Shown piece by piece: positions 44,578 through 56,087 of a stretch of DNA of 64,000 nt (within the stretch, counting starts at the first letter, position 1; every line of letters starts with the position of its first letter). The notes beneath the pieces were generated by a model, which saw only the letters and a list, made by a program, of their open reading frames with translations, was not told the origin of the DNA and did not search any database. A program made the translations under genes and the position numbers. Source of the stretch: an uncultured Gemmatimonadaceae bacterium (GTDB lineage: Bacteria > Gemmatimonadota > Gemmatimonadetes > Gemmatimonadales > Gemmatimonadaceae); the NCBI GenBank assembly GCA_963829055.1, contig CAWHHI010000016.1, forward strand, positions 608,001-672,000, given 5' to 3'.

Positions 44578-44605
44578 TTGACAAGCCCCTCGGCCCGGTT
44601 ATGCT
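44578..44605 (+). promoter_or_regulatory. sigma70-type promoter
   Basis: TTGACA-16 bp-TATGCT upstream of the roadblock gene. Confidence 0.65.
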
Positions 44606-44633
44606 TCGCACGACTTTGTCCATGGGAGGCCGC

Positions 44634-44987
44634 ATGCCGACGATCCGCGAATTGGTCGCCGCCATCCGGCATCGCGACGGTGTGGAAGCCGCGATCGTGC
44701 TCGGCCGTGACGGGCTTCTTATCGACGGCCAGGCCGTCCCGAACCTCGACGCGGAAGGACTGGCGGCGCACGTCCCGTCGATCGTCACAGCCGCGGACGA
44801 GTTCGGCGCTGCAAGCCAGCGGGGGCAGCTGCTCACCGGCGTCTTCGAGTACCCTCAGGGACTCGTTGTCGCTTCCGTCCTCTCCTCGGAGGCCATCCTG
44901 CTCGTCCTGGTGCAGCCGCAGGCAAACGTGGGGCAGCTCCTGTTCGAGCTCCGCCGGAACCGCGAGCACATGGCAGCACTCGTCTAG
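44634..44987 (+). CDS. Roadblock/LC7 (MglB-like) domain protein
   Basis: Motifs GVEAAIVLGRDGLLID and ANVGQLLFELRR; GGAGG RBS before ATG 44634. Confidence 0.85.
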   Translation: MPTIRELVAAIRHRDGVEAAIVLGRDGLLIDGQAVPNLDAEGLAAHVPSIVTAADEFGAASQRGQLLTGVFEYPQGLVVASVLSSEAILLVLVQPQANVGQLLFELRRNREHMAALV

Positions 44988-44998
44988 GAGCGCACGCC

Positions 44999-45404
44999 AT
45001 GCAACAGCGCCATGTCCTCGTCGCCGACGATGAGCCGCACATCGGGCGCATCATCAAGATGAAACTCGAGCAGGGCCCGTTTCGCGTCACGCTCGCGTAT
45101 GACGGACAGGAGGCGGTCGATATCCTCGAGAGTCAGTCGGACATCGATCTCGTGCTGCTCGACCTGATGATGCCGCAACCTCAGCGGCCTCGATGTGCTC
45201 GCCCGCATCCGGGGGTCGGATCGGCTGAAGCATCTGCCCTGCATCATCCTCACGGCGGCTGGCCAGGAAACGCAGCATCAGAAGGCAATGGAGCTTGGCG
45301 CGACGGAATTCCTCACGAAGCCGTTCAGCCCCAAGAAGCTCTACGCGCGCACCGCGGAGCTCGCGGGACTGACGCAGGACGACCACGGCCCGGCAACGGC
45401 ATGA
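44999..45404 (+). CDS. Single-domain response regulator (frameshift near 45176)
   Basis: VLVADDE...LLDLMMP in one frame continues as NLSGLDVL...IILTA...FLTKPFSP in the next frame. Confidence 0.9.
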
Positions 45405-46435
45405 GTCGCTGGGTCGTGGTGCTGGCCGGCGGCGTCGGCTCGCGCTTCTGGCCGCTCAGCACTCCGACCCGTCCGAAGCAGCTGCTGCCGCTCGTCGACG
45501 ACAGGCCGTTGCTCGTCGCGACACTCGATCGCCTCGCGCCGCTCGCGCCGCCGTCGCGGACACTCGTGCTCACGAACGCGTCGCTCCGCGATGCGGTCCG
45601 ACGGCATGCACCGAACATCCCGGACGAGAACGTCATCGCCGAGCCGCGCGCGGTTGGAACCGGCGGCGCGCTCGCGTGGGCAGCGAGCGAGATCGAACAT
45701 CGTGATGGCCCTGCGGCCGTGATGATCTCCGTGCACGCCGACTGGGCCATCGGTGACGACGCCGGCTTTCGAGCGGCGCTCGACGCGGCGGCGGGCATCG
45801 CGGAGCGGGAGCATGCGCTCGTGACCGTGGGCGTCGTGCCGAGTAGACCCGACACCGGATTCGGATACATCCGGCCCGGTGCAGCGATTGGCGATGGAGC
45901 GCACCGCGTGGATCGCTTCGTCGAAAAACCCGATCGGGCCAGCGCCGAGCGGATGATCGAAGAAGGCGCGCTGTGGAACTCGGGCATCTTCGCGTGGCGC
46001 GTCGGAGATTTCCTCGGCGAAATTCGAACGCTGACTCCGGAGCTCGCGCCAGCGCTGATGTCAGCGAATGGCGATGCGGATCGATTCTTCGCAACCGCGA
46101 CACCGGTCACGGTGGACGTCGGCGTGCTCGAGCGAAGCGCGAAGGTCGTCGTCATGCCCGGTTCGTTCGAATGGGACGACGTCGGTACCTGGGCATCGCT
46201 CGCACGAGTGCGCCGACAGGACGCGCGCGGTAATGCGGCGAACGGCCCCGTCGTGCTCGTGGACTCGGACAACAACGTCGTGCACGCCGAAGGAACCGAC
46301 GTGGTCCTCTATGGCGTTCGCGATCTCGTGGTGGTCGTGCGGGACGGCCTCACGCTCGTGACCACGAAGGACGCGTCCGTCGATCTCAAAACGCTGATCG
46401 CGAATCTTCCCCCGAGCGTCCGTGACCGCGAATGA
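45401..46435 (+). CDS. manC: Mannose-1-phosphate guanylyltransferase
   Basis: Motifs VLAGGVGSRFWPLS..RPKQLL, TGFGYI, FVEKP, WNSGIF and WDDVGTW. Confidence 0.9.
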   Translation: MSRWVVVLAGGVGSRFWPLSTPTRPKQLLPLVDDRPLLVATLDRLAPLAPPSRTLVLTNASLRDAVRRHAPNIPDENVIAEPRAVGTGGALAWAASEIEHRDGPAAVMISVHADWAIGDDAGFRAALDAAAGIAEREHALVTVGVVPSRPDTGFGYIRPGAAIGDGAHRVDRFVEKPDRASAERMIEEGALWNSGIFAWRVGDFLGEIRTLTPELAPALMSANGDADRFFATATPVTVDVGVLERSAKVVVMPGSFEWDDVGTWASLARVRRQDARGNAANGPVVLVDSDNNVVHAEGTDVVLYGVRDLVVVVRDGLTLVTTKDASVDLKTLIANLPPSVRDRE

Positions 46436-47640
46436 ACACGCTGGTCCTGTATGACGATCAGGTGGCGCGCGCGTTCGAGCCGTTCGCGCTCACGCGCCCG
46501 GCCTCGGAGCTGCGCGCGGCGACGGAGATCGTTAGGCGACGGTGGGAGATCGCGTTGCGGGCCGAGGCGAGCGGGTTCATCGGCGCCGGTCATCTGGCGG
46601 ACTTCGAGGAGCTCGATGCGCCGTCGATGATCGCCGGCGACATTCCCGCAGGGACCATCATCGCGCAGTCCCGCTGTGCGGTTGCACTCGGCGAGGCGGA
46701 CCCGGCGGCCGCTGTGTGGATGTGTCGTGGGCGCGTCGCGGCCGTACGGCTCACGCGAGCCGTCTCGTTCGGGCAACTGCGGGAGGGCCTAACGACGCTC
46801 GAGTCGCTCGTACCACCCCATGCGACCGCGAGCGACATCCATGGTTGGTGGATCGACGAGGTGTGGGATGTCATCCGGCATCTAGCCGAGATGCTCGCGT
46901 CCGACATCACGCAGCGGGTCGAGTCGCTGGATACGGTCAGCGCCGCGGAGTCGGGCGGTGCGGTCATCGGGGCATACCCCGCGCGCGTGGAGCGCGGCGC
47001 GTCGATCGAGCCGTACGTCGTCTTCGACGCGACGGCCGGACCGGTGCTCGTGCGTCGGGGCGCTACGATCTCGCCGTTCTCGCGGCTCGTCGGACCGTGC
47101 TACGTGGGAGAAGACAGCATGGTCGCCGGCGGTCGCGTTGGGAACAGCGCGATCGGCGAGCAGTGCCGCGTCCATGGGGAGGTCAGCACGACGATCTTCC
47201 TCGGTCACGCGAACAAGTCGCACGACGGATTTGTCGGCCACTCGTACCTCGGACGGTGGGTCAACCTCGGCGCGAGCACGGTGACGAGCAATCTGAAAAA
47301 CACGTACGGGTCCGTGGGATTGTGGACCCCACGCGGCATACGCGACACAGGCATGCAGTTCCTCGGGACGCTTTTCGGCGATCACGCGAAGACCGCGATC
47401 GGGACGCGTCTCACGACCGGAGGCGTGATCGGTGCTGGCGCGAACGTCTTCGCTACCGGAATGACATCGAAGGTCGTCGCGCCGTTCTCGTGGGGCGGCA
47501 GCGCCGATGCACCGGCGTGGGACGTGGATAGATTTATCCGGGTCGCCGAACGCGTGATGACCCGGCGACACGTCACGCTCAGTGAGCGTGCGCGTCGGTG
47601 GCTGGCCGCGGCGCATGCCGCACGATGGCAGGTGGAATGA
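46432..47640 (+). CDS. GlmU-family putative sugar nucleotidyltransferase with left-handed beta-helix
   Basis: Motifs PFALTRP, NKSHDGFVGHSYLGRWVNLGA, SNLKNTY and GDHAKTAIG. Confidence 0.85.
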   Translation: MNTLVLYDDQVARAFEPFALTRPASELRAATEIVRRRWEIALRAEASGFIGAGHLADFEELDAPSMIAGDIPAGTIIAQSRCAVALGEADPAAAVWMCRGRVAAVRLTRAVSFGQLREGLTTLESLVPPHATASDIHGWWIDEVWDVIRHLAEMLASDITQRVESLDTVSAAESGGAVIGAYPARVERGASIEPYVVFDATAGPVLVRRGATISPFSRLVGPCYVGEDSMVAGGRVGNSAIGEQCRVHGEVSTTIFLGHANKSHDGFVGHSYLGRWVNLGASTVTSNLKNTYGSVGLWTPRGIRDTGMQFLGTLFGDHAKTAIGTRLTTGGVIGAGANVFATGMTSKVVAPFSWGGSADAPAWDVDRFIRVAERVMTRRHVTLSERARRWLAAAHAARWQVE

Positions 47641-48449
47641 AGGTTTGGGTGTTGGGGTCTGGAAGTCGCGGCAACGCGACCGTGATCGACAATGGCAGTA
47701 CTCGCGTGCTCGTGGACGCGGGCTTCTCCGCGCGCGAGCTGAAACGTCGTTTCGCGGCAGCGGACATCGCGCCGGAGTCCATCGAAGCGCTGATCGTCAC
47801 GCATGAGCACGGCGATCACGTGTGCGGAGCAGTCCGCGCGGCGCGCCGCTGGAAGTGGACTGTCCACGCCACGGCGGGCACTGTGGCGGGCGCGCCGGAT
47901 CTCAACACCGCTGACGTTCGCACGTTCGAAGCGGGTGCGACGCTCACGTTCGGATCGATGACGGTGCTCACCGTGCCGACGTCGCACGACGCGACGGATC
48001 CGGTTGCGGTCGTGGCGACGGACACGTCGACGGGCGCGCGGGCCGCGGTTGTCATGGACCTGGGGCGCGAGTCGCCGCATCTCCGGAACGTGCTACGCGA
48101 CGTCGAGGTGCTGGTGCTCGAGTCGAATCACGACGAAGCGATGCTCGCGCACGGGCCCTACCCCATCTCCGTGCAGCGACGCATTGCCGGAGTCACCGGG
48201 CATCTCAGCAATCGCGAGGCGGGCGCGATCGCGCGCGCGTGCGCTCACTCGGGGCTGCAGCATCTCGTGCTGGCGCACCTGAGCGAGCAGTGCAACACGC
48301 CGGATCACGCGCTGGCGACGGCGTCGGCGGCGCTCGCGCGCTCTCGCTTCCGCGGCCATGTGACGGCGGCGGCGCAGGATTCGGTGCGCGGCGCGTTCGT
48401 CGCGTCGCGTCCGGGCGGCCGCGCGGTGCAGCTCGCGTTAGGCTTCTAG
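47637..48449 (+). CDS. MBL-fold metallo-hydrolase (YycJ/WalJ-like)
   Basis: Motifs [30 protein letters not shown] and AHLSEQCN. Confidence 0.92.
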   Translation: MKVWVLGSGSRGNATVIDNGSTRVLVDAGFSARELKRRFAAADIAPESIEALIVTHEHGDHVCGAVRAARRWKWTVHATAGTVAGAPDLNTADVRTFEAGATLTFGSMTVLTVPTSHDATDPVAVVATDTSTGARAAVVMDLGRESPHLRNVLRDVEVLVLESNHDEAMLAHGPYPISVQRRIAGVTGHLSNREAGAIARACAHSGLQHLVLAHLSEQCNTPDHALATASAALARSRFRGHVTAAAQDSVRGAFVASRPGGRAVQLALGF

Positions 48450-48454
48450 CGAGC

Positions 48455-48560
48455 TGTCGTCCCGAGGAGCGAAGCGACGAGGGACCTTCTGTGATGGCAT
48501 CGTAGTGCGTCCAGCCACGATAACGTTCGAGAAGATCCCTCGCTGTCGCTCGGGATGACA
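48455..48560. repeat. REP-like palindromic element (CGTC/TGTC-tagged type)
   Basis: The arms TGTCGTCCCGAG...GAGGGACCTTCT and AGAAGATCCCTCGCTGTCGCTCGGGATGACA are inverted around a spacer of about 40 bp. Confidence 0.75.
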
Positions 48561-48562
48561 AC

Positions 48563-48597
48563 ACAACGGGGGCTCCGCGATGCGGAGCCCCCGTTGT
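48563..48597. terminator. Hairpin terminator between convergent genes
   Basis: Perfect 16-bp stem ACAACGGGGGCTCCGC-GAT-GCGGAGCCCCCGTTGT, 20 bp after the groEL stop. Confidence 0.75.
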
Positions 48598-48617
48598 CCT
48601 ACAGTGGAGTGCTGAGC

Positions 48618-50282
<1,665 letters not shown>

Positions 50283-50311
50283 TTAGGTGGAGAGGCCCTG
50301 CGGGCAGACGG

Positions 50312-50620
<309 letters not shown>

Positions 50621-50668
50621 AGGGTGCACCCCTCGTGCGTGGGTTGAGTAGGAGAGTGTGGGCATCAA

Positions 50669-50695
50669 CTAGCACTCACTCCAGCCGAGTGCTAA
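50669..50695. promoter_or_regulatory. CIRCE operator (HrcA binding site)
   Basis: CTAGCACTC-N9-GAGTGCTAA, one mismatch from the consensus TTAGCACTC-N9-GAGTGCTAA. Confidence 0.95.
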
Positions 50696-50703
50696 CGGGG
50701 CCT

Positions 50704-50733
50704 AAGTTAAAGGGTCCACACCCACGGCGTCAA
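50704..50733 (-). promoter_or_regulatory. sigma70-type promoter of groESL
   Basis: TTGACG-18 bp-TAACTT immediately upstream of CIRCE. Confidence 0.65.
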
Positions 50734-50794
50734 GTCCTTCGGCCCGCGACCGGTGCCGTGTACCAAACTGTTGCAGTGTATGGCTTTATATCGC

Positions 50795-51754
50795 CTACAC
50801 AGCGAACGCGAGAACCACCGCAATGTCGGTAACAGCCCACGCCGCCAGCGCTCGGTACATCCCGCGCTTGTGCTGATCGGACGTCATCCGGCGGTACGAG
50901 ACGAGCCAGCCGCCGAGTACCACGACCCACATCGCGGCGGCGACGGAGAGCGCGATCCGTGACAGCTGTGTCGGACCAGCCAGGAAGAGGCCATGCCAGA
51001 ACGCGAGGAACGCGGCCACGGCAGCGCCAGCGGCAATCGACAGACTCGCGCCGACACCCAGCATCCTCGCCAACGTGCGGTCGCCGCGCGCGCTGTCCTC
51101 GTCGAACTGATAGATCTGCGTAAGCGGGTAGAGAGAGCCGAACAGGAAGCCGAAGCCGATCATCAGCCACGTGCCCTCTGGCCGGAGGGGGGCACCCGAT
51201 GCGGCCCACCCCGCGAATGGAGTGAGCACACCCACACCAATGATGTTGATCGTCCAGTCGGCACCGGCGACGGCCTTCAACCGGACCGGCGGTACGCTGT
51301 ACGCTACCGACATGGCGAAGCAAATCGCGTAGGCCACCGCGAAGCCCGCGGGGAGCGCGAGGGCGATCAGTTGGCCAACCGCCATCAACGCGATACTCAC
51401 GGCCGCGAGATGCCTGGGTGGTGGAGGCGGCGCATCGAGATAGCCGATGTCGCCGTCATCGTGATCGAACGCGCTGTTGAGCGCGAGCGTGCCGGCATTG
51501 AGGCAGCCGACCCACGACAGGAGCGCCGTCAGGTACGCGCCCCGGCGGTCACCGTGGAGGAACGCTCTCAGCCCCACCGCCACGATGAAGCCAATCGACG
51601 TGTGCGCGATCATGATCGGCCACTCCCGCGGTCGCAGATGCAGGATGTAGCTGAACGCGTCGCCGGGAAGCAGCGCGTACCCCACGCGCCGCGCGATGCC
51701 GTGCGTTCGCCAGCGCGGAGCCGGTTGCTCTGACGGGCGCGACGCGCTGCTCAC
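50795..51754 (-). CDS. UbiA family prenyltransferase, substrate unknown
   Basis: Multiple transmembrane segments; motifs NSAFDHDDGD, AYSVPPVRLK and TQIYQFDEDSARGDRT. GTGA overlap with coaX. Confidence 0.85.
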   Translation of the reverse strand: MSSASRPSEQPAPRWRTHGIARRVGYALLPGDAFSYILHLRPREWPIMIAHTSIGFIVAVGLRAFLHGDRRGAYLTALLSWVGCLNAGTLALNSAFDHDDGDIGYLDAPPPPPRHLAAVSIALMAVGQLIALALPAGFAVAYAICFAMSVAYSVPPVRLKAVAGADWTINIIGVGVLTPFAGWAASGAPLRPEGTWLMIGFGFLFGSLYPLTQIYQFDEDSARGDRTLARMLGVGASLSIAAGAAVAAFLAFWHGLFLAGPTQLSRIALSVAAAMWVVVLGGWLVSYRRMTSDQHKRGMYRALAAWAVTDIAVVLAFAV

Positions 51755-52530
51755 GTGCCGGCGGCCACCAGCTCGTGCGCGATGCGCAGGCCGTTCAGCG
51801 TCAGGTAGGGTTCGACGAGGTCGAACTCCTTGCAGAACGGCTGAAAGACCGACGCCAGTCCGCCGGTGGCGACCACCAGCGGCACGGCACCCCCTGGCCA
51901 CTCGGCCTTGATACGCCTAACGATCCCGTCGATCGCCTCGGCGCTGCCGAATACGACACCGGACCGGATGCATTCCTCGGTGCGCCGGCCAATGACGCGC
52001 GCGGGCGGTTCGATTTCCGTCGCGGGGAGCTTCGACGTGCGGCGAAAGAGCGTCTCGGCCGACGTGCGCACGCCGGGGGCGATCACGCCGCCGATGAACA
52101 CGCCGTCCGCCGTGATGCAGTCGTATGTCGTGGCGGTGCCGAGGTCCACGACGATCGTATCGCGGCGATAGAGGCGGCTGGCCGCGAGCGTGTTGATGAT
52201 CCGGTCAGCGCCGACGGTGAGCGGCTCCTCGACATCCAGGCGGATTGGCAGCGGTGACCGCGCGTCGATGATCAACGGCTTCGCGCCGACTGCATGTTCG
52301 CAGGCCTCGGCGAGCGGCGCCGTGAATGCCGGCACCACCGACCCGATGGCCGCCCGATCGATCGCCGATCGATCGATGTTGTCCGCCGCCAGGAGCGCGC
52401 GAATGAGCAGCGAGATCTCGTCCGGCGTGCGTGCCACGTCGGTGGTGACGCGCCAGTGTCCGCAGAGCTTCTCCCCGTCGTAGAGACCGACCGTCGTTTC
52501 GGTGTTTCCGACATCGAACACGAGGATCAT
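51751..52530 (-). CDS. coaX: Type III pantothenate kinase
   Basis: Motifs DVGNTET, GSVVP, VGADR, VDLGTATT, GGVIAPG and VATGG. Confidence 0.97.
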   Translation of the reverse strand: MILVFDVGNTETTVGLYDGEKLCGHWRVTTDVARTPDEISLLIRALLAADNIDRSAIDRAAIGSVVPAFTAPLAEACEHAVGAKPLIIDARSPLPIRLDVEEPLTVGADRIINTLAASRLYRRDTIVVDLGTATTYDCITADGVFIGGVIAPGVRTSAETLFRRTSKLPATEIEPPARVIGRRTEECIRSGVVFGSAEAIDGIVRRIKAEWPGGAVPLVVATGGLASVFQPFCKEFDLVEPYLTLNGLRIAHELVAAGT

Positions 52531-53279
52531 GCGATCGCTCCCGCGAGAGTGAGTGAACCATCGCGAAATGCTCGCAGCCCCGTCGACGTGTCCACGAGCA
52601 GTTCGCCTGACGACGTAATGCCGCGCACTTCGCCTGGTACCGGATCGATGCACACGCGCCCCGCGGCGAAATCGCGGGTCGCGAATTGTTCGAGCTCGCT
52701 GGCGGTGAGCGGGCCGCGGGCTGCCGCGGCTGCGCGCACGGCCGGAACGAGCTCCGCGAGCACATCGACGCGCTGAACGCCCGGCCGCAAGCCGGCTGCA
52801 TTCGCCACGCCGGCAGGTTGGCGCACGTTGACCCCGATGCCGATGGCAACCCAGTCGATGCGACCGGACCTCCAGCGCGCCTCGACGAGAATACCAGCAA
52901 CCTTGCCTTCACCGACGAAAATGTCGTTCGGCCACTTGAGTCGTATCGGCGACGCAGCGTAGCGGTCGAGCGCGCGCGCGGCACGCAGGCCGAGGCGGAG
53001 CGACAGCACGTCGACGGCACTCGGGTCGTTAGGCCGCTCGATGACCGTCATCCAGATGCCCTGCCCTGCCTCCGATGCCCACCGTCTGCCGTTGCGTCCG
53101 CGCCCCGACGTCTGACGGTCCGTGAGCACGACGGTACCAGCCGCGGCATCGAGCGTCGCCAGGCTGTGCGCGTCATCCATCGTCGACGCCGTCGAGTCGA
53201 AAACAACAACACGTGGAACGTCGAGGAGCCGCGCGAGTGTCGCGGCGTCGCGCCCGTCGTAACTCGCGATCTCAACCAC
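52527..53279 (-). CDS. birA: Biotin--[acetyl-CoA-carboxylase] ligase, without HTH domain
   Basis: Motifs STMDDA, QTSGRGRNGRRW, LKWPND, KVAGILVE and IGIGVN. Confidence 0.95.
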   Translation of the reverse strand: MVEIASYDGRDAATLARLLDVPRVVVFDSTASTMDDAHSLATLDAAAGTVVLTDRQTSGRGRNGRRWASEAGQGIWMTVIERPNDPSAVDVLSLRLGLRAARALDRYAASPIRLKWPNDIFVGEGKVAGILVEARWRSGRIDWVAIGIGVNVRQPAGVANAAGLRPGVQRVDVLAELVPAVRAAAAARGPLTASELEQFATRDFAAGRVCIDPVPGEVRGITSSGELLVDTSTGLRAFRDGSLTLAGAIA

Positions 53280-54072
53280 GCGTGGCGACGAGCGCGAGAA
53301 CGAAACCGCCCAGCAGGATGCGGTAGAGCGCGAAGACGCCGAAGCTGTGGCGGCTCACGTAACGCAGCAGCACGGCGATCGCCAACCAGCCACTCAACGC
53401 GGACGTTACGATGCCGAGGATCAGCGGCGTTAGGTCGTCGGCCGTGAACAACGTGGGCGCCTTGAGGACCGCGGCTGCCGCCGTGATGGGCATGCTCATG
53501 AGAAAGCTGAACATCGCGGCGCTCTGCCGGTCGAACTTGAGCGCGCGGCCGGCGGTCATCGTCGATCCTGAACGCGACACGCCGGGCACGAGCGCGAACA
53601 CCTGCGCGAGCCCGATCAACACCGCGTCACGCACCCGCATCTTGCCGAGCGGACGGTCCTGGGGCGCGAAGCGATCCGCCGCCCAGAGCACCACGCCCAT
53701 GACGATGAGGGTGACGGCGATGAGCGAGGGCGAGCGAAACGTGCTCTCCGCATAGTCCTCGAGCAGCAGACCGCCGATCGCCGCTGGAATCGTCGCGATG
53801 ACGATGTGCAGGAAGCGCTGCTTCTCCTCGGTGTCGGCCTTGCGCGTTCGAAGCAGCGCAAACGCGGACTGCGTCAGCTTCACCCACTCGGCGCGAAAGT
53901 ACCACAGCACGGCGACGAGTGTTCCGACGTGAAGTGCGACGTCGAACGCGAGTCCGGGGTCGGACCAGCCAAAGATCCACGGCGTGAGCACGAGATGCGC
54001 GGAGCTGCTGATGGGCAAGAACTCGGCGAGTCCCTGGACGAGTCCAAGGATCACTGCCTGAAGCACGGTCAT
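53272..54072 (-). CDS. uppP: Undecaprenyl-diphosphatase
   Basis: Motifs QGLAEFLPISSSAH, PGVSRSGST and FSFLMSMP. Confidence 0.97.
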   Translation of the reverse strand: MTVLQAVILGLVQGLAEFLPISSSAHLVLTPWIFGWSDPGLAFDVALHVGTLVAVLWYFRAEWVKLTQSAFALLRTRKADTEEKQRFLHIVIATIPAAIGGLLLEDYAESTFRSPSLIAVTLIVMGVVLWAADRFAPQDRPLGKMRVRDAVLIGLAQVFALVPGVSRSGSTMTAGRALKFDRQSAAMFSFLMSMPITAAAAVLKAPTLFTADDLTPLILGIVTSALSGWLAIAVLLRYVSRHSFGVFALYRILLGGFVLALVATRG

Positions 54073-54110
54073 TGCGGACGCGTTGAGGAAAGCTATGAGA
54101 GAGGGACAGC

Positions 54111-54136
54111 GATCCTTCGCTGCCGCTCAGGGTGAC
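54111..54136. repeat. Half copy of the REP-like element
   Basis: GATCCTTCGCTGCCGCTCAGGGTGAC resembles the right arm at 48534-48559. Confidence 0.6.
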
Positions 54137-54154
54137 CGCCGCGGACCCCGGCGG

Positions 54155-54979
54155 TCACCAGCGAGCACTGAGCACGAACGCCACCATGGCGACGACCATC
54201 GCCGACTTCAGGAGTCGTGCGGTTCCGCGCTGTCCACTCAACACGCGTCGGCTGGCGACGAGGCAGAGCGCGACGGCCGGGAGCACCACGATCGCGAAGG
54301 TCGGCCGACGCACCGCAAACGGTGCCAGGGCAACCACGAATAGCGCGACGGAACTTACTACCACCAGTCGCGCCGCGCCGGGCCCCGCGCGAAGAGGGAG
54401 CGTGCGGCGATAGCTCGCGTCACCTTCCACGTCGTCGAGATCCTTGGCGATCTCGCGCGCGAAATGCAGCGGCACTCCGACGAGAAACAGCGGAATCCCA
54501 GCGCCGGCCGCACCCGCACTCCACGCGCCGAACAGGAACGGCAGCGACGCGACGATCGCGACGACGACGTTGCCCGGAACACCGAGCGCCTTCACGCCGC
54601 GATTGTACACTGTCATCGCAGCAATGACGCCGACCGCGGCCAGTGTCTGCGGGCCGCCGAGGAGCGCTGACAGCACGAGAGCTGATGCGGCACAGAGGCC
54701 GACGACGATGCGCGCCGCCTGGAGCGACAGGCGTCCGGACGGCAGCGGTCGCGTCGGATGCGCGACCCTGTCGATATCGAAGTCGCGGACGTCGTTGTCC
54801 GCGTTCGCGAACGCGGTGAGCAGCACCGCGATGCCGGCCATGACGATCGTCTCGGGCTCGTTGGGCCGACCTGTCGCCCACCAGGCGCCAAGGATCACCC
54901 CCGCGACCGCGAGCAGCGCATTCTCCCACCGCACGAGCGACAGGATCGCGAGCACTCGTCTACTGGACCGCGTCCTCAT
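54155..54979 (-). CDS. UbiA family prenyltransferase, DGGGP-synthase-like
   Basis: Motifs LVRWEN, NDVRDFDIDRVAHPTRPLPSG, YN..VK..GVPGNVVVA and AREIAKDLDDVEGD...RTLP. Confidence 0.8.
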   Translation of the reverse strand: MRTRSSRRVLAILSLVRWENALLAVAGVILGAWWATGRPNEPETIVMAGIAVLLTAFANADNDVRDFDIDRVAHPTRPLPSGRLSLQAARIVVGLCAASALVLSALLGGPQTLAAVGVIAAMTVYNRGVKALGVPGNVVVAIVASLPFLFGAWSAGAAGAGIPLFLVGVPLHFAREIAKDLDDVEGDASYRRTLPLRAGPGAARLVVVSSVALFVVALAPFAVRRPTFAIVVLPAVALCLVASRRVLSGQRGTARLLKSAMVVAMVAFVLSARW

Positions 54980-56087
54980 ACAACAGCTCGTACTGACGAA
55001 CGATGTCGTCGCGAGAGAAACGAGCTCGCGCGTCCAACGCGGCTGCGTCGCTCATCGTTTTCCAGCGCTCGCGGTCGGAGAGGATCTCCAGAGACGCTGC
55101 CGCCATCGCGTCCACGTCGCCCACGTCGCATAACGCGCCCGTCACGCCCTCCTTCACCACCTCGACGAGACCACCAGTTCGGCTTCCGACAACCGGTGCG
55201 CCCGACGCGAGCGCCTCCAGAGCGCTCAGGCCGAACGACTCACTCTGCGAAGGAAGGAGAAACAGGTCCGCACCCGCGAGCAGCGGCGCGACCGCATCGA
55301 TCTTGCCGAGGAAATGCACATCCCTGTCGACGCCAAGTGCGCGCGCTTCGGTCTCAGCCGCGACGCGATCAGGGCCGTCCCCGACCATCACCAGCACGGA
55401 CGGCAGCGTCTGACACACGCGCGCGAACACGCGGATGATGTCCACCACGCGCTTCACCGGCCGGAAGTTCGAGACGTGCATCAGTACGCGTCGCTCACCA
55501 TTCAGCTGCTCGCGCAGAATCGGTGGATAGATCGCGCGGTCGTAGATCGCGGGGTCGATGAAGTTGTAGATCACTTTCACGTCGCACGCCGTGCAGCCGA
55601 ACGCGTGAAACGTCTCCTGTCGCAGGAACTGCGACACAGCCGTGATGCGATCGGATTTCTCGATCGAGAACTTCGTGATCGGATGGAACGACGGGTCCTG
55701 GCCGACGATCGTGATGTCCGTACCGTGCAGCGTCGTGATGACCTTCACGTCGGAGCCCGTTTCCCGCAGCATCTCGCGCGCGATCCACGCGCTCGTCGCG
55801 TGCGGAATCGCGTAGTGCACGTGCAGCAAGTCGAGGCCGTGCGTCTTCACGACTTCGTGCATGCGCACGGCGAGCGCGAGGTCGTACGGCGGATATTCGA
55901 ACAGCGGATAGCGGCCGACATCCACTTCGTGGAAGTAGATCCGCGGGAGAAACGACGGCAGGCGGAACGGCTGCTGGTACGTGATGAAGTGGACCTCATG
56001 CCCGCGCGACGCGAGCGCGATACCGAGCTCGGTCGCGACGGCGCCAGATCCACCGTACGTCGGGTAGCAGGTAATGCCGATCTTCAC
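54960..56087 (-). CDS. bshA: N-acetyl-alpha-D-glucosaminyl L-malate synthase
   Basis: Motifs KIGITCYPTYGGSGAVATELG, YPLFEYPPY, LHVHYAIPHA, TTLHGTDIT, SNFRPVKR and ESFGLSALEA. Confidence 0.93.
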   Translation of the reverse strand: MKIGITCYPTYGGSGAVATELGIALASRGHEVHFITYQQPFRLPSFLPRIYFHEVDVGRYPLFEYPPYDLALAVRMHEVVKTHGLDLLHVHYAIPHATSAWIAREMLRETGSDVKVITTLHGTDITIVGQDPSFHPITKFSIEKSDRITAVSQFLRQETFHAFGCTACDVKVIYNFIDPAIYDRAIYPPILREQLNGERRVLMHVSNFRPVKRVVDIIRVFARVCQTLPSVLVMVGDGPDRVAAETEARALGVDRDVHFLGKIDAVAPLLAGADLFLLPSQSESFGLSALEALASGAPVVGSRTGGLVEVVKEGVTGALCDVGDVDAMAAASLEILSDRERWKTMSDAAALDARARFSRDDIVRQYELLYEDAVQ

